Below are positions 18,182-27,471 of a stretch of 64,000 nt of DNA, piece by piece (positions within the stretch are counted from its first letter, which is position 1; the number at the start of each line of letters is the position of its first letter). The notes beneath the pieces were generated by a model, which saw only the letters and a program-made list of their open reading frames with translations, had not been told where the DNA came from and ran no database searches. Location: positions 5,088,001 through 5,152,000 of the forward strand of contig OY969474.1 in the NCBI GenBank assembly GCA_963700145.1. The letters are read 5' to 3'. Origin of the DNA: an uncultured Acidobacteriota bacterium. Its GTDB lineage: Bacteria; Acidobacteriota; Thermoanaerobaculia; Multivoradales; UBA5704. The translations under genes and the position numbers were made by a program.

Positions 18182-19377
18182 GCCGCCCGCTCCTCTTCCA
18201 TCTCCACCAGCGCCGCCAGCCCCATGCCGCCGGAGACGCAGAGGGTGGCGATGCCGCGCCGGCCGCCGCGCTCGCGCAGGCCGTGGAGGAGGGTGACCAG
18301 GAGCCGCGCGCCGGTGGCGCCGATCGGGTGGCCGAGGGCGATGGCGCCGCCGTCGGGGTTGACCCGGTCGTGGTCGAAAGGCAGGTCCTTCAAGCAGGCC
18401 AGCACCTGGCTGGCGAAGGCCTCGTTGAGCTCGACGGCGTCGATGTCGCCGAGCTGGACGCCGTTCCGGCCCAGCAGCTTCCGCACCGCCGGCACCGGGC
18501 CGATCCCCATGATCCGCGGCTCGACCCCGACGACCTCCCAGCCGGCGAGGCGCGCCACGACCGGCAGGCCGAGCTCGCGGGCGGCGCGGCGGGAGGCGAC
18601 GAGGAGGGCGGCGGCGCCGTCGGTGATCCCCGAGGCGTTGCCGGCGGTCACCGTTCCGCCGTCGCGGAAGACGGGCTTGAGCCGGGCCAGGGAGTCGAGG
18701 GTGACGCCGGCGCGCGGGTGCTCGTCGCGGTCGATCCGCTCCTCGCCCATCCGGCCCGGCACCGTGACGGGCACGATCTCCGGCGCGAAGCGGCCGCGCT
18801 CCCAGGCGCGCTCGGCCCGCCCCTGGCTCTCCAGCGCCCAGGCGTCGGCCGCCGCGCGGCCGATCCCGGCCTCGACCGCCAGCTCCTCGGCGGTTTCGCC
18901 CATGACCAGGCCGGAGAGGGGGTCGTCGAAGCCGTCGCGGTACATGCCGTCCACCACCTCGGCGTGCCCCAGGCGATACCCCCAGCGGGCGCGCGGCAGC
19001 AGGTACGGCGTGTTCGACATGCTCTCGGTGCCGCCGGCGAGCACCACCTCGGCCTCGCCGGTCAGGATGGTGCGCGCCGCGCAGAGGACCGCCTGCAGGC
19101 CCGAGCCGCAGGCCTGGTTGACGGTGTAGGCCGGGCGGTCGACCGGCACGCCGGCGCGGTGGGCGATCTGGCGCGCGGTGTTGGGGCCGCCCCCGGCCTG
19201 GCGGGCGTGGCCGAAGATCACCTGATCGACCCGCGCCGGCTCGCAGCCGGCCCGCTCGAGCGCGGCCTTGGCCGCGGCGGTGCCGAGGTCGGCGGCCGAG
19301 AGGGCCGCCAGCGCGCCGCCGAACTTGCCGATCGGCGTCCGCACCGGCGCGGCGAGGACGATGTCGTCCGGCGCCAC
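18178..19377 (-). CDS. Acetyl-CoA C-acyltransferase (thiolase)
   Basis: VRTPIGKFGG, NQACGSG, NEAFA, GHPIGATG, CVSGGMG. Confidence 0.95.
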   Translation of the reverse strand: MAPDDIVLAAPVRTPIGKFGGALAALSAADLGTAAAKAALERAGCEPARVDQVIFGHARQAGGGPNTARQIAHRAGVPVDRPAYTVNQACGSGLQAVLCAARTILTGEAEVVLAGGTESMSNTPYLLPRARWGYRLGHAEVVDGMYRDGFDDPLSGLVMGETAEELAVEAGIGRAAADAWALESQGRAERAWERGRFAPEIVPVTVPGRMGEERIDRDEHPRAGVTLDSLARLKPVFRDGGTVTAGNASGITDGAAALLVASRRAARELGLPVVARLAGWEVVGVEPRIMGIGPVPAVRKLLGRNGVQLGDIDAVELNEAFASQVLACLKDLPFDHDRVNPDGGAIALGHPIGATGARLLVTLLHGLRERGGRRGIATLCVSGGMGLAALVEMEEERAA

Positions 19378-19379
19378 CG

Positions 19380-20855
19380 CTACTTCCCGACGAAGACCGA
19401 CTTGACCTCGGTGTAGTACTCCAGGGCCTGCCGCCCCAGCTCGCGGCCGAAGCCGCTCTGCTTGTAGCCGCCGAAGGGGGCGCCGGAGTCGTACCAGTTG
19501 TACTGGTTGATCCAGACGGTGCCGGCCTGCAGCGCCCGGGCCACCCGGTGCGCCTTGCCGACGTCGCGCGTCCAGACACCCGCCGCCAGGCCGTAGATCG
19601 AGGCGTTGGCCTGCGCCACCGCCTCGTCGGCGCTCTCGAAGGGGATGGCGACCAGGACCGGGCCGAAGATCTCCTCGCGCGCCACGGTCATCTCGCTGGT
19701 GACGTCGTCGAGGATGGTCGGCTGCATGAAGTACCCCTTGCCGCCGACGCTCGCCGCCTCGCCGCCGGCCACCACCTTCGCCCCCTCCCGCCGCCCGGCC
19801 TCGACGTAAGAGAGCACCGTCTCGCGCTGCTTGCCGGAGACCAGGGCCCCGAGGCGGGTCTTCGGGTGCAGCGGGTCGCCGGGCTCGAGCTTCTTCGTCC
19901 GCTCGACCAGGCGCTCGAGCAGCTCGCCGTGCACCGACTTCTCGACGAAGAGCCGCGAGCCGGCGGCGCAGACCTCGCCCTTGCCGTAGAAGATGCCGTT
20001 GTAGGCCCCCTTGACCGCGGCGTCGAGGTCGGCGTCGGCGAAGACGATGTTGGGCGACTTGCCGCCCAGCTCCAGGGTGAGCCGCTTCATGGTGTCGGCG
20101 GCGCCGCGCATCACCTGCTTGCCGACCTCGGTCGAGCCGGTGAAGCTGATCTTGGCGACGTGCGGGTGGGCGACCAGGGCGTTGCCCACCTCCGCGCCGC
20201 CGCCGGGGACGACGTTCAGCACTCCGGGCGGCAGCCCGATCTCGCTCGCCAGCTCGGCGAACTTGAGGGCGGTCAGCGGCGTGTAGGAGGCCGGCTTGTG
20301 GACCACGGTGTTGCCGCAGGCGAGAGCGGGGGCGATCTTCCACAGCGCCTGGATGAGCGGGAAGTTCCAGGGGGTGATGGCGGCCACCACGCCGACCGGC
20401 TCGCGCAGGGTGTAGGTGAGGACGAACGGGCCGTGGCTGGGCAGGGTCTCGCCGGCGATCTTGTCGGCCCAGCCGGCGAAGTAGCGCAGGGCGTCCACCG
20501 CCGCCGGCACGTCGACGTAGCGCGACTCGAAGATCGGCTTGCCGTTGTCGAGGGTCTCGAGGCGGGCGAAGTCGGCGTTGCGCGCCTCCAGGGCGTCGGC
20601 GATCTTCCACAGGAGGGTGCCGCGCTCGCGCGCCGACATCGTCCCCCAGGGTCCGGAGAGGGCCTCGCGGGCGGCCTCGACGGCGCGGTCGACGTCGGCG
20701 GCGCCGGCCGCGGCCACCTCGCAGAGCGGCTCCTCGGTGGCCGGGTTCTCGCTGGTGAAGGTGGCGCCGCTCGCGGCGTCCACCCACGCGCCGCCGATCC
20801 AGAGCTTGCAGGGGGGGAGGGTGGCGGCGGGCGCCGCCTGCGTCTCGGTCGCCAT
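19380..20855 (-). CDS. Aldehyde dehydrogenase
   Basis: PWNFP, FTGST, LELGGKSP, GEVCAAG, EEIFGPV. Confidence 0.95.
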   Translation of the reverse strand: MATETQAAPAATLPPCKLWIGGAWVDAASGATFTSENPATEEPLCEVAAAGAADVDRAVEAAREALSGPWGTMSARERGTLLWKIADALEARNADFARLETLDNGKPIFESRYVDVPAAVDALRYFAGWADKIAGETLPSHGPFVLTYTLREPVGVVAAITPWNFPLIQALWKIAPALACGNTVVHKPASYTPLTALKFAELASEIGLPPGVLNVVPGGGAEVGNALVAHPHVAKISFTGSTEVGKQVMRGAADTMKRLTLELGGKSPNIVFADADLDAAVKGAYNGIFYGKGEVCAAGSRLFVEKSVHGELLERLVERTKKLEPGDPLHPKTRLGALVSGKQRETVLSYVEAGRREGAKVVAGGEAASVGGKGYFMQPTILDDVTSEMTVAREEIFGPVLVAIPFESADEAVAQANASIYGLAAGVWTRDVGKAHRVARALQAGTVWINQYNWYDSGAPFGGYKQSGFGRELGRQALEYYTEVKSVFVGK

Positions 20856-21679
20856 CAGTACCCCTTGAAGCGGGGCTGCCGCTTCTCGACGTAGGCGTTG
20901 AGCCCCTCCTTGGCGTCCTCGCTCTGGAAGAGCTGCTGCTGCAGCTCGCGCTCGAGGGCGAGGGCGGTCTCGAACGGGATCTCGGCGCCGGTCTGCACCG
21001 ACCGCTTGATCCGCCCCACCGCCTTGGCGGCGCGCTGCGGCGGGCAGAAGCTCTTGGCGAAGGCGTGGACCTGGTCGAGGAAGGCGCCGCCCTCCTCGGC
21101 GTAGACGTGGTTGACGATGCCCAGCGCCTGCGCCTCCTCGAAGGAGATGAGCTGGCCGGTCGTCATCAGCTCGATCGCCTTGCTCTTGCCGACGATGCGC
21201 ACCAGCCGCTGGGTGCCGCCGGTGCCGGGCAGGACGCCGAGGGTGATCTCGGGCAGACCCACCTTGCCGGCGTCCTTCTTCGCGATCCGCAGGTCGGCGG
21301 CCATGGCGATCTCGAGGCCGCCGCCGACGGTGTGGCCGTTGAGGGCGGCGACGACCAGCTTCGGGGTCTGCTCGAGGCGGTTCAGGGTCTCGTTGGCGTG
21401 CAGGCAGAAGTAGTACTTGAAGACCGGATCGGCGCCCTGCAGCATCGAGATGTTGGCGCCGGCACAGAAGAACTTCTGGCCGGTGCCGGTCAGGACCAGG
21501 ACGTGGACGTCGGGGTCGAAGCGGGCCTCCAGGATGGCCTCGTCGAGCTGGCGCATCATCTGGTGGGTGTAGGTGTTGGCCGGGGGATCGTCGAGGGTCA
21601 GGTAGGCGACGCCTTCCTTGACCTCGTAGTGAACGAGCGTCCGCGTCTCGGTGCGCTCGGCAGTGGTGGGCTGAGCCAT
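20855..21679 (-). CDS. Crotonase-family protein resembling the N-terminal domain of BoxC
   Basis: FCAGANISML, FKYYFCLHANET, GGGLEIA, LPEITLGVLPGTGG. Confidence 0.8.
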   Translation of the reverse strand: MAQPTTAERTETRTLVHYEVKEGVAYLTLDDPPANTYTHQMMRQLDEAILEARFDPDVHVLVLTGTGQKFFCAGANISMLQGADPVFKYYFCLHANETLNRLEQTPKLVVAALNGHTVGGGLEIAMAADLRIAKKDAGKVGLPEITLGVLPGTGGTQRLVRIVGKSKAIELMTTGQLISFEEAQALGIVNHVYAEEGGAFLDQVHAFAKSFCPPQRAAKAVGRIKRSVQTGAEIPFETALALERELQQQLFQSEDAKEGLNAYVEKRQPRFKGY

Positions 21680-21785
21680 TGGTTCTCCTCCAGTCGAGAT
21701 CGCTAGGGGTGAATCGGGGCGGGTCCGCCCCGAAGGTCGGAGCCATTGTGCCACGCCGGACCGGCCGGACCCAAGAGCCGGCGTC

Positions 21786-23822
21786 TCAGCGGGCGGCGGC
21801 GGCCCGCGTGTACCTGGCGCGCAGCAGCTCGTTGATCCGTTCCTGCAGCAGCGGGAAGAGCTCGTGCTCCTTCTGCACGAGGGCGCGGAGGTAGGCCTCG
21901 TCCACCGGCAGGTCGAGTCCCTTGTGGCCGGCCCACTCGCTGGGCAGCCGCTGTCCTTTGGACCGATTGGCGAGCGGGCTCAAGGCTTCGAAGTTCTCGG
22001 TCGTGTTGAGCACCCGGAGCTGGTCCGCCTGGTCGAGCTGGGCGAACCCCGGCAGCTCCCGGATGCGGTCCACGGGGATGATGTGGTCGGCCTGCGCTGC
22101 GCCGTCGACGATTCGCCCCGGGAAGGCGGGGTCCGGCGAGCCGACGGGGAGCTTCCGCTGCGCCCACTGGCGGAGCTGCCGGGTCGGACTCTTGCCGCGG
22201 ATCCGCTTCCAGAGCTCGGCGAGCGGGATGCCGTGGAGCGACTCCTCGCGCACGACGCGCCGGCCGCCGGTCGGTCCGGTCAGCTCGGTTCCGGGAGGGA
22301 CGATCCCGTTGTCTTCGAGCTGGCGCAGGCGGGCGAGCTGCTGCTCGCGCTCGCGCTTCCGCTGCGTCGCCTCGCCGACCTCGCGCGGCCGGCGACGTTG
22401 CGGGCCGCTCTCCAGTCCCGTGACTTTGGAGGTCGAGCGGGAGGCCGGCGGCGTGCCGCGGGTGTGGCCGAGAGCCTCCAGCGGCGTCTCCAGCTCGACC
22501 GGGGCCGCGTTCTCGGCGCTGCCGCGGGAGAGGCCGCGCCCCTCGTCGGTCGGCGTGAAGCCCCGCTCGGGGAGCGCCTCGCCGGCCGCCCGGGTCTCCC
22601 GTGCGGCCTCGGCCTCGCGCGCCACTTGCCGCGGCGCCGCCACGCCCGGATCCAGCGTCCGCTCGGCGGCGGTCACCGCCTCGAGCGCTTCGGTCGTCAC
22701 CTCGGTCGCCGCTTTCGTCTGGCGGTAGAGACGCACGCCGGCGCCCAGGAACTGCACCGCCGAAAGGAGCGCCGCCGCGCCGGCGAGCAGGGCGTCGCCG
22801 TAGTCGCTCGGCCGGTCGGTCAGGGGCCGCCCTTCGCGTAGGGCCGAGGCGGCCGCCGCCATCTGGTTCTCCTGCGCGCGCTCGTAGGCGCGGTAGGCGG
22901 CCATGCCCGAGATCGCCGTGTCGAGGGCCACGAGCACGACGCCGACCGGCCCGGCGACGACCACCCCCGCCACCGCCACGGCCATGCCGGCGGTGAGGAA
23001 GAGCTGGTCCCATACGTCCTCGCTGCGCAGGCGGGCCTGCTCCACCATGAAGCGCGCGAAGAGCTGAGGGTCGATCGCCGGGTGGCCGAGCAGCCCCAGC
23101 TCCGCGAGGCCGCTCAAGACGATCGGGGGGTAGCGCCAGACGTGCTCGTGGGAAGCCTCCAGGCTGGCGCCGAAGCGGTCGATGCCGCTGCGGGCGTCGA
23201 GGAAGACGCCGTCGAGCGTGGCGCGCGCCGCCTCCTCGCCGTCGGCGAGGGAGCGGAAGATCTCGAGGCGGCGCGGGTGGGCGCCGAGGATGCGCGCCAG
23301 CTCGTCGTCGAGCAGCGCCGCCGCTTCCCGCTCGCGCGCCTCGCGCGCCGCCGGCGGCTCGAACTCCTGGCCGGCCGGGGCCCGCCCCCCCACCTGGACC
23401 GGGAACTTGATGACCTTCGCCGGCAGCGCGGCGAGGACCTGGAAATACTGCGTCGCGGCGCCGCGCAGCCCGGCGAGGGTGCCGGGCTCGCGAAGCCGCG
23501 CCTCGAGGCGGTCCAGCGTGACGCGGTGGTCGTCGAGCGTCGTCCTCAACCAGGCGAGCGCTTGGCGCTGGGTCGCCTCGGCCAGGGGGACGAGGTCGGC
23601 GAGGTAGGCGAGACCGCTCGTCTCCGGCGACGGCGCGCGGTAGACCCGCGACAGGACGGCGCTCCAGAGCGCGGCGAAGGGGGCCCCGGCGGCGCTGCGC
23701 GGGAGGGGCGCGAGCTTGGCCTCGCCGTAGGCGATGCGCGCCACCTCGACGAGCCGTGCGGCAGCCGCCGCGAGGTCGAGCGGTGTCCCCCGCTCGCCGT
23801 TGCCGATGAAGGGGGCCGACAA
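21786..23822 (-). CDS. Polymorphic-toxin-like protein with central hydrophobic hairpin and C-terminal HNH-type nuclease
   Basis: ADHIIPV...N..NFEALS..ANRSKG; hydrophobic AGMAVAVAGVVVAGPVGVVLVAL; TTG start with GGAG. Confidence 0.7.
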   Translation of the reverse strand: MSAPFIGNGERGTPLDLAAAAARLVEVARIAYGEAKLAPLPRSAAGAPFAALWSAVLSRVYRAPSPETSGLAYLADLVPLAEATQRQALAWLRTTLDDHRVTLDRLEARLREPGTLAGLRGAATQYFQVLAALPAKVIKFPVQVGGRAPAGQEFEPPAAREAREREAAALLDDELARILGAHPRRLEIFRSLADGEEAARATLDGVFLDARSGIDRFGASLEASHEHVWRYPPIVLSGLAELGLLGHPAIDPQLFARFMVEQARLRSEDVWDQLFLTAGMAVAVAGVVVAGPVGVVLVALDTAISGMAAYRAYERAQENQMAAAASALREGRPLTDRPSDYGDALLAGAAALLSAVQFLGAGVRLYRQTKAATEVTTEALEAVTAAERTLDPGVAAPRQVAREAEAARETRAAGEALPERGFTPTDEGRGLSRGSAENAAPVELETPLEALGHTRGTPPASRSTSKVTGLESGPQRRRPREVGEATQRKREREQQLARLRQLEDNGIVPPGTELTGPTGGRRVVREESLHGIPLAELWKRIRGKSPTRQLRQWAQRKLPVGSPDPAFPGRIVDGAAQADHIIPVDRIRELPGFAQLDQADQLRVLNTTENFEALSPLANRSKGQRLPSEWAGHKGLDLPVDEAYLRALVQKEHELFPLLQERINELLRARYTRAAAAR

Positions 23823-23849
23823 TCGACGCGCTCCGGGTCGCTCGGGCGC

Positions 23850-26408
23850 CTAGCCGTCGTCGTCGTCGTCGTCGCCGTTGTCGCCGCCGCCGCCGGCGGG
23901 CGGCGACGGCTCGTCGCCGACCGCGTCGTGCCAGGCGGCGTGGTCCCCGGCCGACCCGGCGCCGGCGCCCACGACGATCACCTTGGCGATGTCCGGGTCG
24001 TAGGCGGCGGGCTCGTCGAGGAGGGCCTGACGCCGCTCGTTCTTGGCCTCCGCCGTCCTGAGGTCCGCCCAGGCCTTGAGCACGTCGATGTAGCGGTGGG
24101 CCCGCTTGAAGGGCTCCAGCGCGGCCCCCTCGCCGGCGTCGATCCGCAGGTAGAGGTTGTTGGAGTCCACCAGGAACCGCCGCGTGCCGTTGCGGCGGTA
24201 GAGGTAGAGGGCGTACTCCTCGACGCTCAGCGCGCCGCGGGCCAGCCGGTCGGGAGCGTAGGCGACGAGGCCGTCCGGCCGCGCCAACGGCTTGCCCAGC
24301 GCCGGGAGATAGGAGAGCACGTCGATCACCAGGTCCTGCGGCGGCGCCGCCAGCAGCGCCGGATTCTGCGCCGCGACCTCCTGCGCCTCGTGCCGGAAGG
24401 CGTCGAGCGCCGGATCGCGCAGCCGCCGGTCCGGCCCGACGTAGGGACCGCGCAGGATGGCGAAGACGTGCTCCAGGCGCAGCGGTGGGAACGGGAAAGG
24501 ATCGACGTGCCCGCCCGGCACCTCCACTTCGAACGCCGGCTCGCGGCGCGGCCCTTCGGGCAGCGCGTGCACGGCGAAGACGGCGTAGTTGCCGACGAAG
24601 CCGAGCGGCCCGGTGGGATCGATCAGCTCCCAGAGCGGAGCGTCGCCGCCGGCCGGTGCCCAGCCCCCCTGGAAGTCGGGCAGCCAGGCCAGCGGCACGC
24701 GCCGGTTCTCCTTCTTGTAGCGCAGCATGCGCTGGTCGGCGTCCTCGTGCGCCCAGATCGCCCGGCAGTAATGGAGGACGTGGTCGCGCAGGTGCCGGCG
24801 CAGCCGCCCCCGCCGGATGCCGCGCAGGCGGTTGGCGCGGTCGCGGGCGGTGGAGTCCTGGAGGTGCTGACGGAAGGCGCGGAGGGGCTCGGCGTAGATG
24901 TCGGGGAGGGTCAGCGCCTGGTTGGCGGCGGCCGCCTCGTTGAACTGGGCGAACTTGCCGGTGGCCGTCTGGAGCATGCCGCGGAACGGGTTGTCGGCGG
25001 CGCCCGGGGCGACCCCGAGCGCGTCGTCCTCCTCGACGTCCTGGATCAGCTCGTTGAGCACCGCCCGCAGCGACTCGTCCAGCAGCGCCTTGGCGAGGAT
25101 CCAATCGTGGCGCCGGATCCAGGCGTCGTCGATCTCGCCGGGCGTGGGGACGTGCTCGGCGACGAAGAGGACCGACTGTACCTCGCCGAGGTAGGTCCAG
25201 ACCTCGTACTGGTGCTGCATGCGGTGGTACTCGTAGGTGATCGCGATCTCGTTGTTGGGGTTGACGATCTCCGAGGAACTCTCGTGCTCGACGGTCTCCT
25301 CGGCCTCGGTCGAGACCACGACCTTCGTCTCCCGCCGCATCTTGCTCGCGGTCTTCTGCATCGACTCGCTGAGGTGCGAGCTGGTGCGGCGGCTCTTCTC
25401 CTCTTGGTTGCCGCCGAGCGTGGTCTGCGACCGGGCGCCGATGCCGAAGAACTTGCCTTCGACGGTGAGGTCCTGGTTCCAGCGGAAGGTGTCGCTCGCC
25501 TCGCGCACGACCTCCGAGGAGTCCTTGGTCGAGTCGGTGGTCTCGGTCGTGGTCTCGGCGGCGGTGACGGTCTCGAGCGTGCTGACCTGCTTGCGGCGGC
25601 GCACGATCTTGGTCACCACCCGCTCCCGCTGGCCGGGGCCGAGCGGGACGGTGCGGACCACCTCCCCCTTCTGCCGACCCAGCGGCCGCCAGTGCTGGCG
25701 GTAGACGATGCGCAGCCCGAGGTTGATCGAGCGCGGCGGGAAGATTTCGAAGGGGTGGTCGGAGGCGACCGGGTCGGGCTCGAGGGAGGCCAGCGCCGCC
25801 TTGGCCAGGTGGTCGAACTCGACGAGGAAGTTGAGCAGCGGAAAGGGCTCGTTGTAGGGGAAGAACGGGCGCCAGTCCTCGATCTTCCGCAGCAGCGCGC
25901 GGTAGAGGAGGTCCTCGAGCGTGGCGGCGTTGCCGCCGCGGCTGGTGAGCTCCGCATACGCGCTCAGCAACTGCGGCAGCGCGGCGTCGCGCAGCCCATG
26001 GTCCCGGTGGCGGAAGTAGATCGTGTCGAGCAACGTGTGCAGGACGGCACGGCGGCGGTCCCAGTAGACGAGGTCGCGGATCGCTCGCCAGGCCGCCCGC
26101 TCGATGATCAGCAGGAGCCCGGTGACCTGGGCGAGCTGCGCCTCGGAGGCGCCGTTCTCTTCGAGCGGGCGGAGGTAGAGCAGCGACTCGTCGGTCAGCC
26201 CCGCGGCGGCGTCGCCGGCCGCCTCTGCCGGCGTCTCGTAGCCTTGCCCGACCGGCAGCAGGAAGTCGTAGAAGGCGAAGTCGTGGACGGCGACGTCGTC
26301 GAGCGTGTGGTGCGAGAGATCCGGCGGGTCGAGCGTTGGCCGCAGGCGCCCCAGCTCCTCCGCGAAGTGGCCGAGGTCGGTGCCGGGTCCTGCGTTCTCG
26401 GCGGGCAT
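23850..26408 (-). CDS. Large hypothetical protein with Ser/Thr-rich beta-strand region (possible beta-pore-forming/translocon component)
   Basis: 852 aa; YRQHWRP..GEVVRTVPLGPGQ, ETTTETTDST, KFFGIGARSQT, IVNPNNEIAITYEY; TGATG coupling. ORF is solid, function is inferred. Confidence 0.6.
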   Translation of the reverse strand: MPAENAGPGTDLGHFAEELGRLRPTLDPPDLSHHTLDDVAVHDFAFYDFLLPVGQGYETPAEAAGDAAAGLTDESLLYLRPLEENGASEAQLAQVTGLLLIIERAAWRAIRDLVYWDRRRAVLHTLLDTIYFRHRDHGLRDAALPQLLSAYAELTSRGGNAATLEDLLYRALLRKIEDWRPFFPYNEPFPLLNFLVEFDHLAKAALASLEPDPVASDHPFEIFPPRSINLGLRIVYRQHWRPLGRQKGEVVRTVPLGPGQRERVVTKIVRRRKQVSTLETVTAAETTTETTDSTKDSSEVVREASDTFRWNQDLTVEGKFFGIGARSQTTLGGNQEEKSRRTSSHLSESMQKTASKMRRETKVVVSTEAEETVEHESSSEIVNPNNEIAITYEYHRMQHQYEVWTYLGEVQSVLFVAEHVPTPGEIDDAWIRRHDWILAKALLDESLRAVLNELIQDVEEDDALGVAPGAADNPFRGMLQTATGKFAQFNEAAAANQALTLPDIYAEPLRAFRQHLQDSTARDRANRLRGIRRGRLRRHLRDHVLHYCRAIWAHEDADQRMLRYKKENRRVPLAWLPDFQGGWAPAGGDAPLWELIDPTGPLGFVGNYAVFAVHALPEGPRREPAFEVEVPGGHVDPFPFPPLRLEHVFAILRGPYVGPDRRLRDPALDAFRHEAQEVAAQNPALLAAPPQDLVIDVLSYLPALGKPLARPDGLVAYAPDRLARGALSVEEYALYLYRRNGTRRFLVDSNNLYLRIDAGEGAALEPFKRAHRYIDVLKAWADLRTAEAKNERRQALLDEPAAYDPDIAKVIVVGAGAGSAGDHAAWHDAVGDEPSPPAGGGGDNGDDDDDDG

Positions 26409-27364
26409 CAGTCGTCTCCTCCCTCGCCTTCCGGGGCCGGCGGGGCGACCACCGGCCGGCGCGTGCGGTACCAGGTGTAGAGCGGGCCGGGACCGGCTCC
26501 GCCGCCCGCGGCGGCCGCCGCCTCGGGACCGGTCTCGGGCGCGGCGAGCGCCGCCGACGAGCGCGGCACCAGCAGGTGCACGACCCGGCGCTCGGGATCG
26601 AGCTGGAACGCGGCCCCGCCGGCGGCGGCCAGGGCGGCGTCCGGCTCGGCCCAGCGGACGCCGCCGAAGGCCACCGGTTGGGGTGCTGCTCCGGCGCCCT
26701 CGCGGAAGCGGAAGCCGCGCGTCTCGGGGTCGTAGGCCAGAGCGGCTCCGGGTGCGACGTCGCGGCCGTGGACATGAACCGGAGCGCGGAGGTCGAACCC
26801 GAGGGGTGGGCGGGGGCGCTGGGCGGGCTCGCCCCGCGGGCGATCGGGCACAGGGGCCGGTCGAGCAGGCCGGTCGTCCGGCTCGCCTGCCGCGCCGCGT
26901 GCCGGTGCCCGCAGGGCGCGCATCCGCGCCAGGAGATCCGCGCTCGCGGCCGCCGCGGCCTCCTGCGCGCCGCCCGGCGGCACGGCGCCGGCGGCGAGGA
27001 GGCGCGCCGAGCGGACGCGGAGGAGGAGCTCCTCCTCGGCGCCGGCCGCGGGCCGCAGAGGGTGGGAGCGGTGGAGGGGGTGCGACGTGACGAACGGCTC
27101 GTCCTCGGGCGCCTGCACCTCGAGAGCGACGGCCGGAGACGCGCCGAAGAGCCTGCGTCGCGGCGCGTAGCGCAGCTCGAAGCGGCCGTCGGCCCCGGTG
27201 AGCGCCGAGCCGAGACGCCGGCCGCGCTGGACCGGCGCCTCGTCCTCCGGGCCCTCCTTGGCGTTCCGCGCCGCCCCGGCCTCGATCTCGTAGGCGACGA
27301 CGAGAAGATCGGGCAGCGGCGCTCCGCTCTCCCGCACCACGACTCTGCCCCGCAAGGTCTGCAT
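26408..27364 (-). CDS. Hypothetical protein with N-terminal transthyretin/carboxypeptidase-regulatory-like domain
   Basis: LRGRVVVRESGAPLPDLLVVAYE...LGSALTGADGRFELRY. Confidence 0.6.
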   Translation of the reverse strand: MQTLRGRVVVRESGAPLPDLLVVAYEIEAGAARNAKEGPEDEAPVQRGRRLGSALTGADGRFELRYAPRRRLFGASPAVALEVQAPEDEPFVTSHPLHRSHPLRPAAGAEEELLLRVRSARLLAAGAVPPGGAQEAAAAASADLLARMRALRAPARGAAGEPDDRPARPAPVPDRPRGEPAQRPRPPLGFDLRAPVHVHGRDVAPGAALAYDPETRGFRFREGAGAAPQPVAFGGVRWAEPDAALAAAGGAAFQLDPERRVVHLLVPRSSAALAAPETGPEAAAAAGGGAGPGPLYTWYRTRRPVVAPPAPEGEGGDD

Positions 27365-27471
27365 CCGCGGCCCCTCCCGCACCCGCGGCGCTCCGCGCCG
27401 CGGCTCCGTGCGCAGTCCTGTCCACGTCGCCGCTACAGGCGACGCGGCGGGCCGATCGTTACGAGGGGGGC

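Noticed and set aside
21735-21755. TGGCAC on the minus strand as a sigma54 promoter for the crotonase operon
   Set aside because: No GC at the -12 position; better read as a CACAAT -10 element
21703-26775. Very long alternative-frame ORFs (1690 aa here; also 2148-5339, 23082-26480, 31981-35943, 41182-45366)
   Set aside because: Arg/Pro/Gly-rich or antisense shadows of real genes, expected in high-GC DNA
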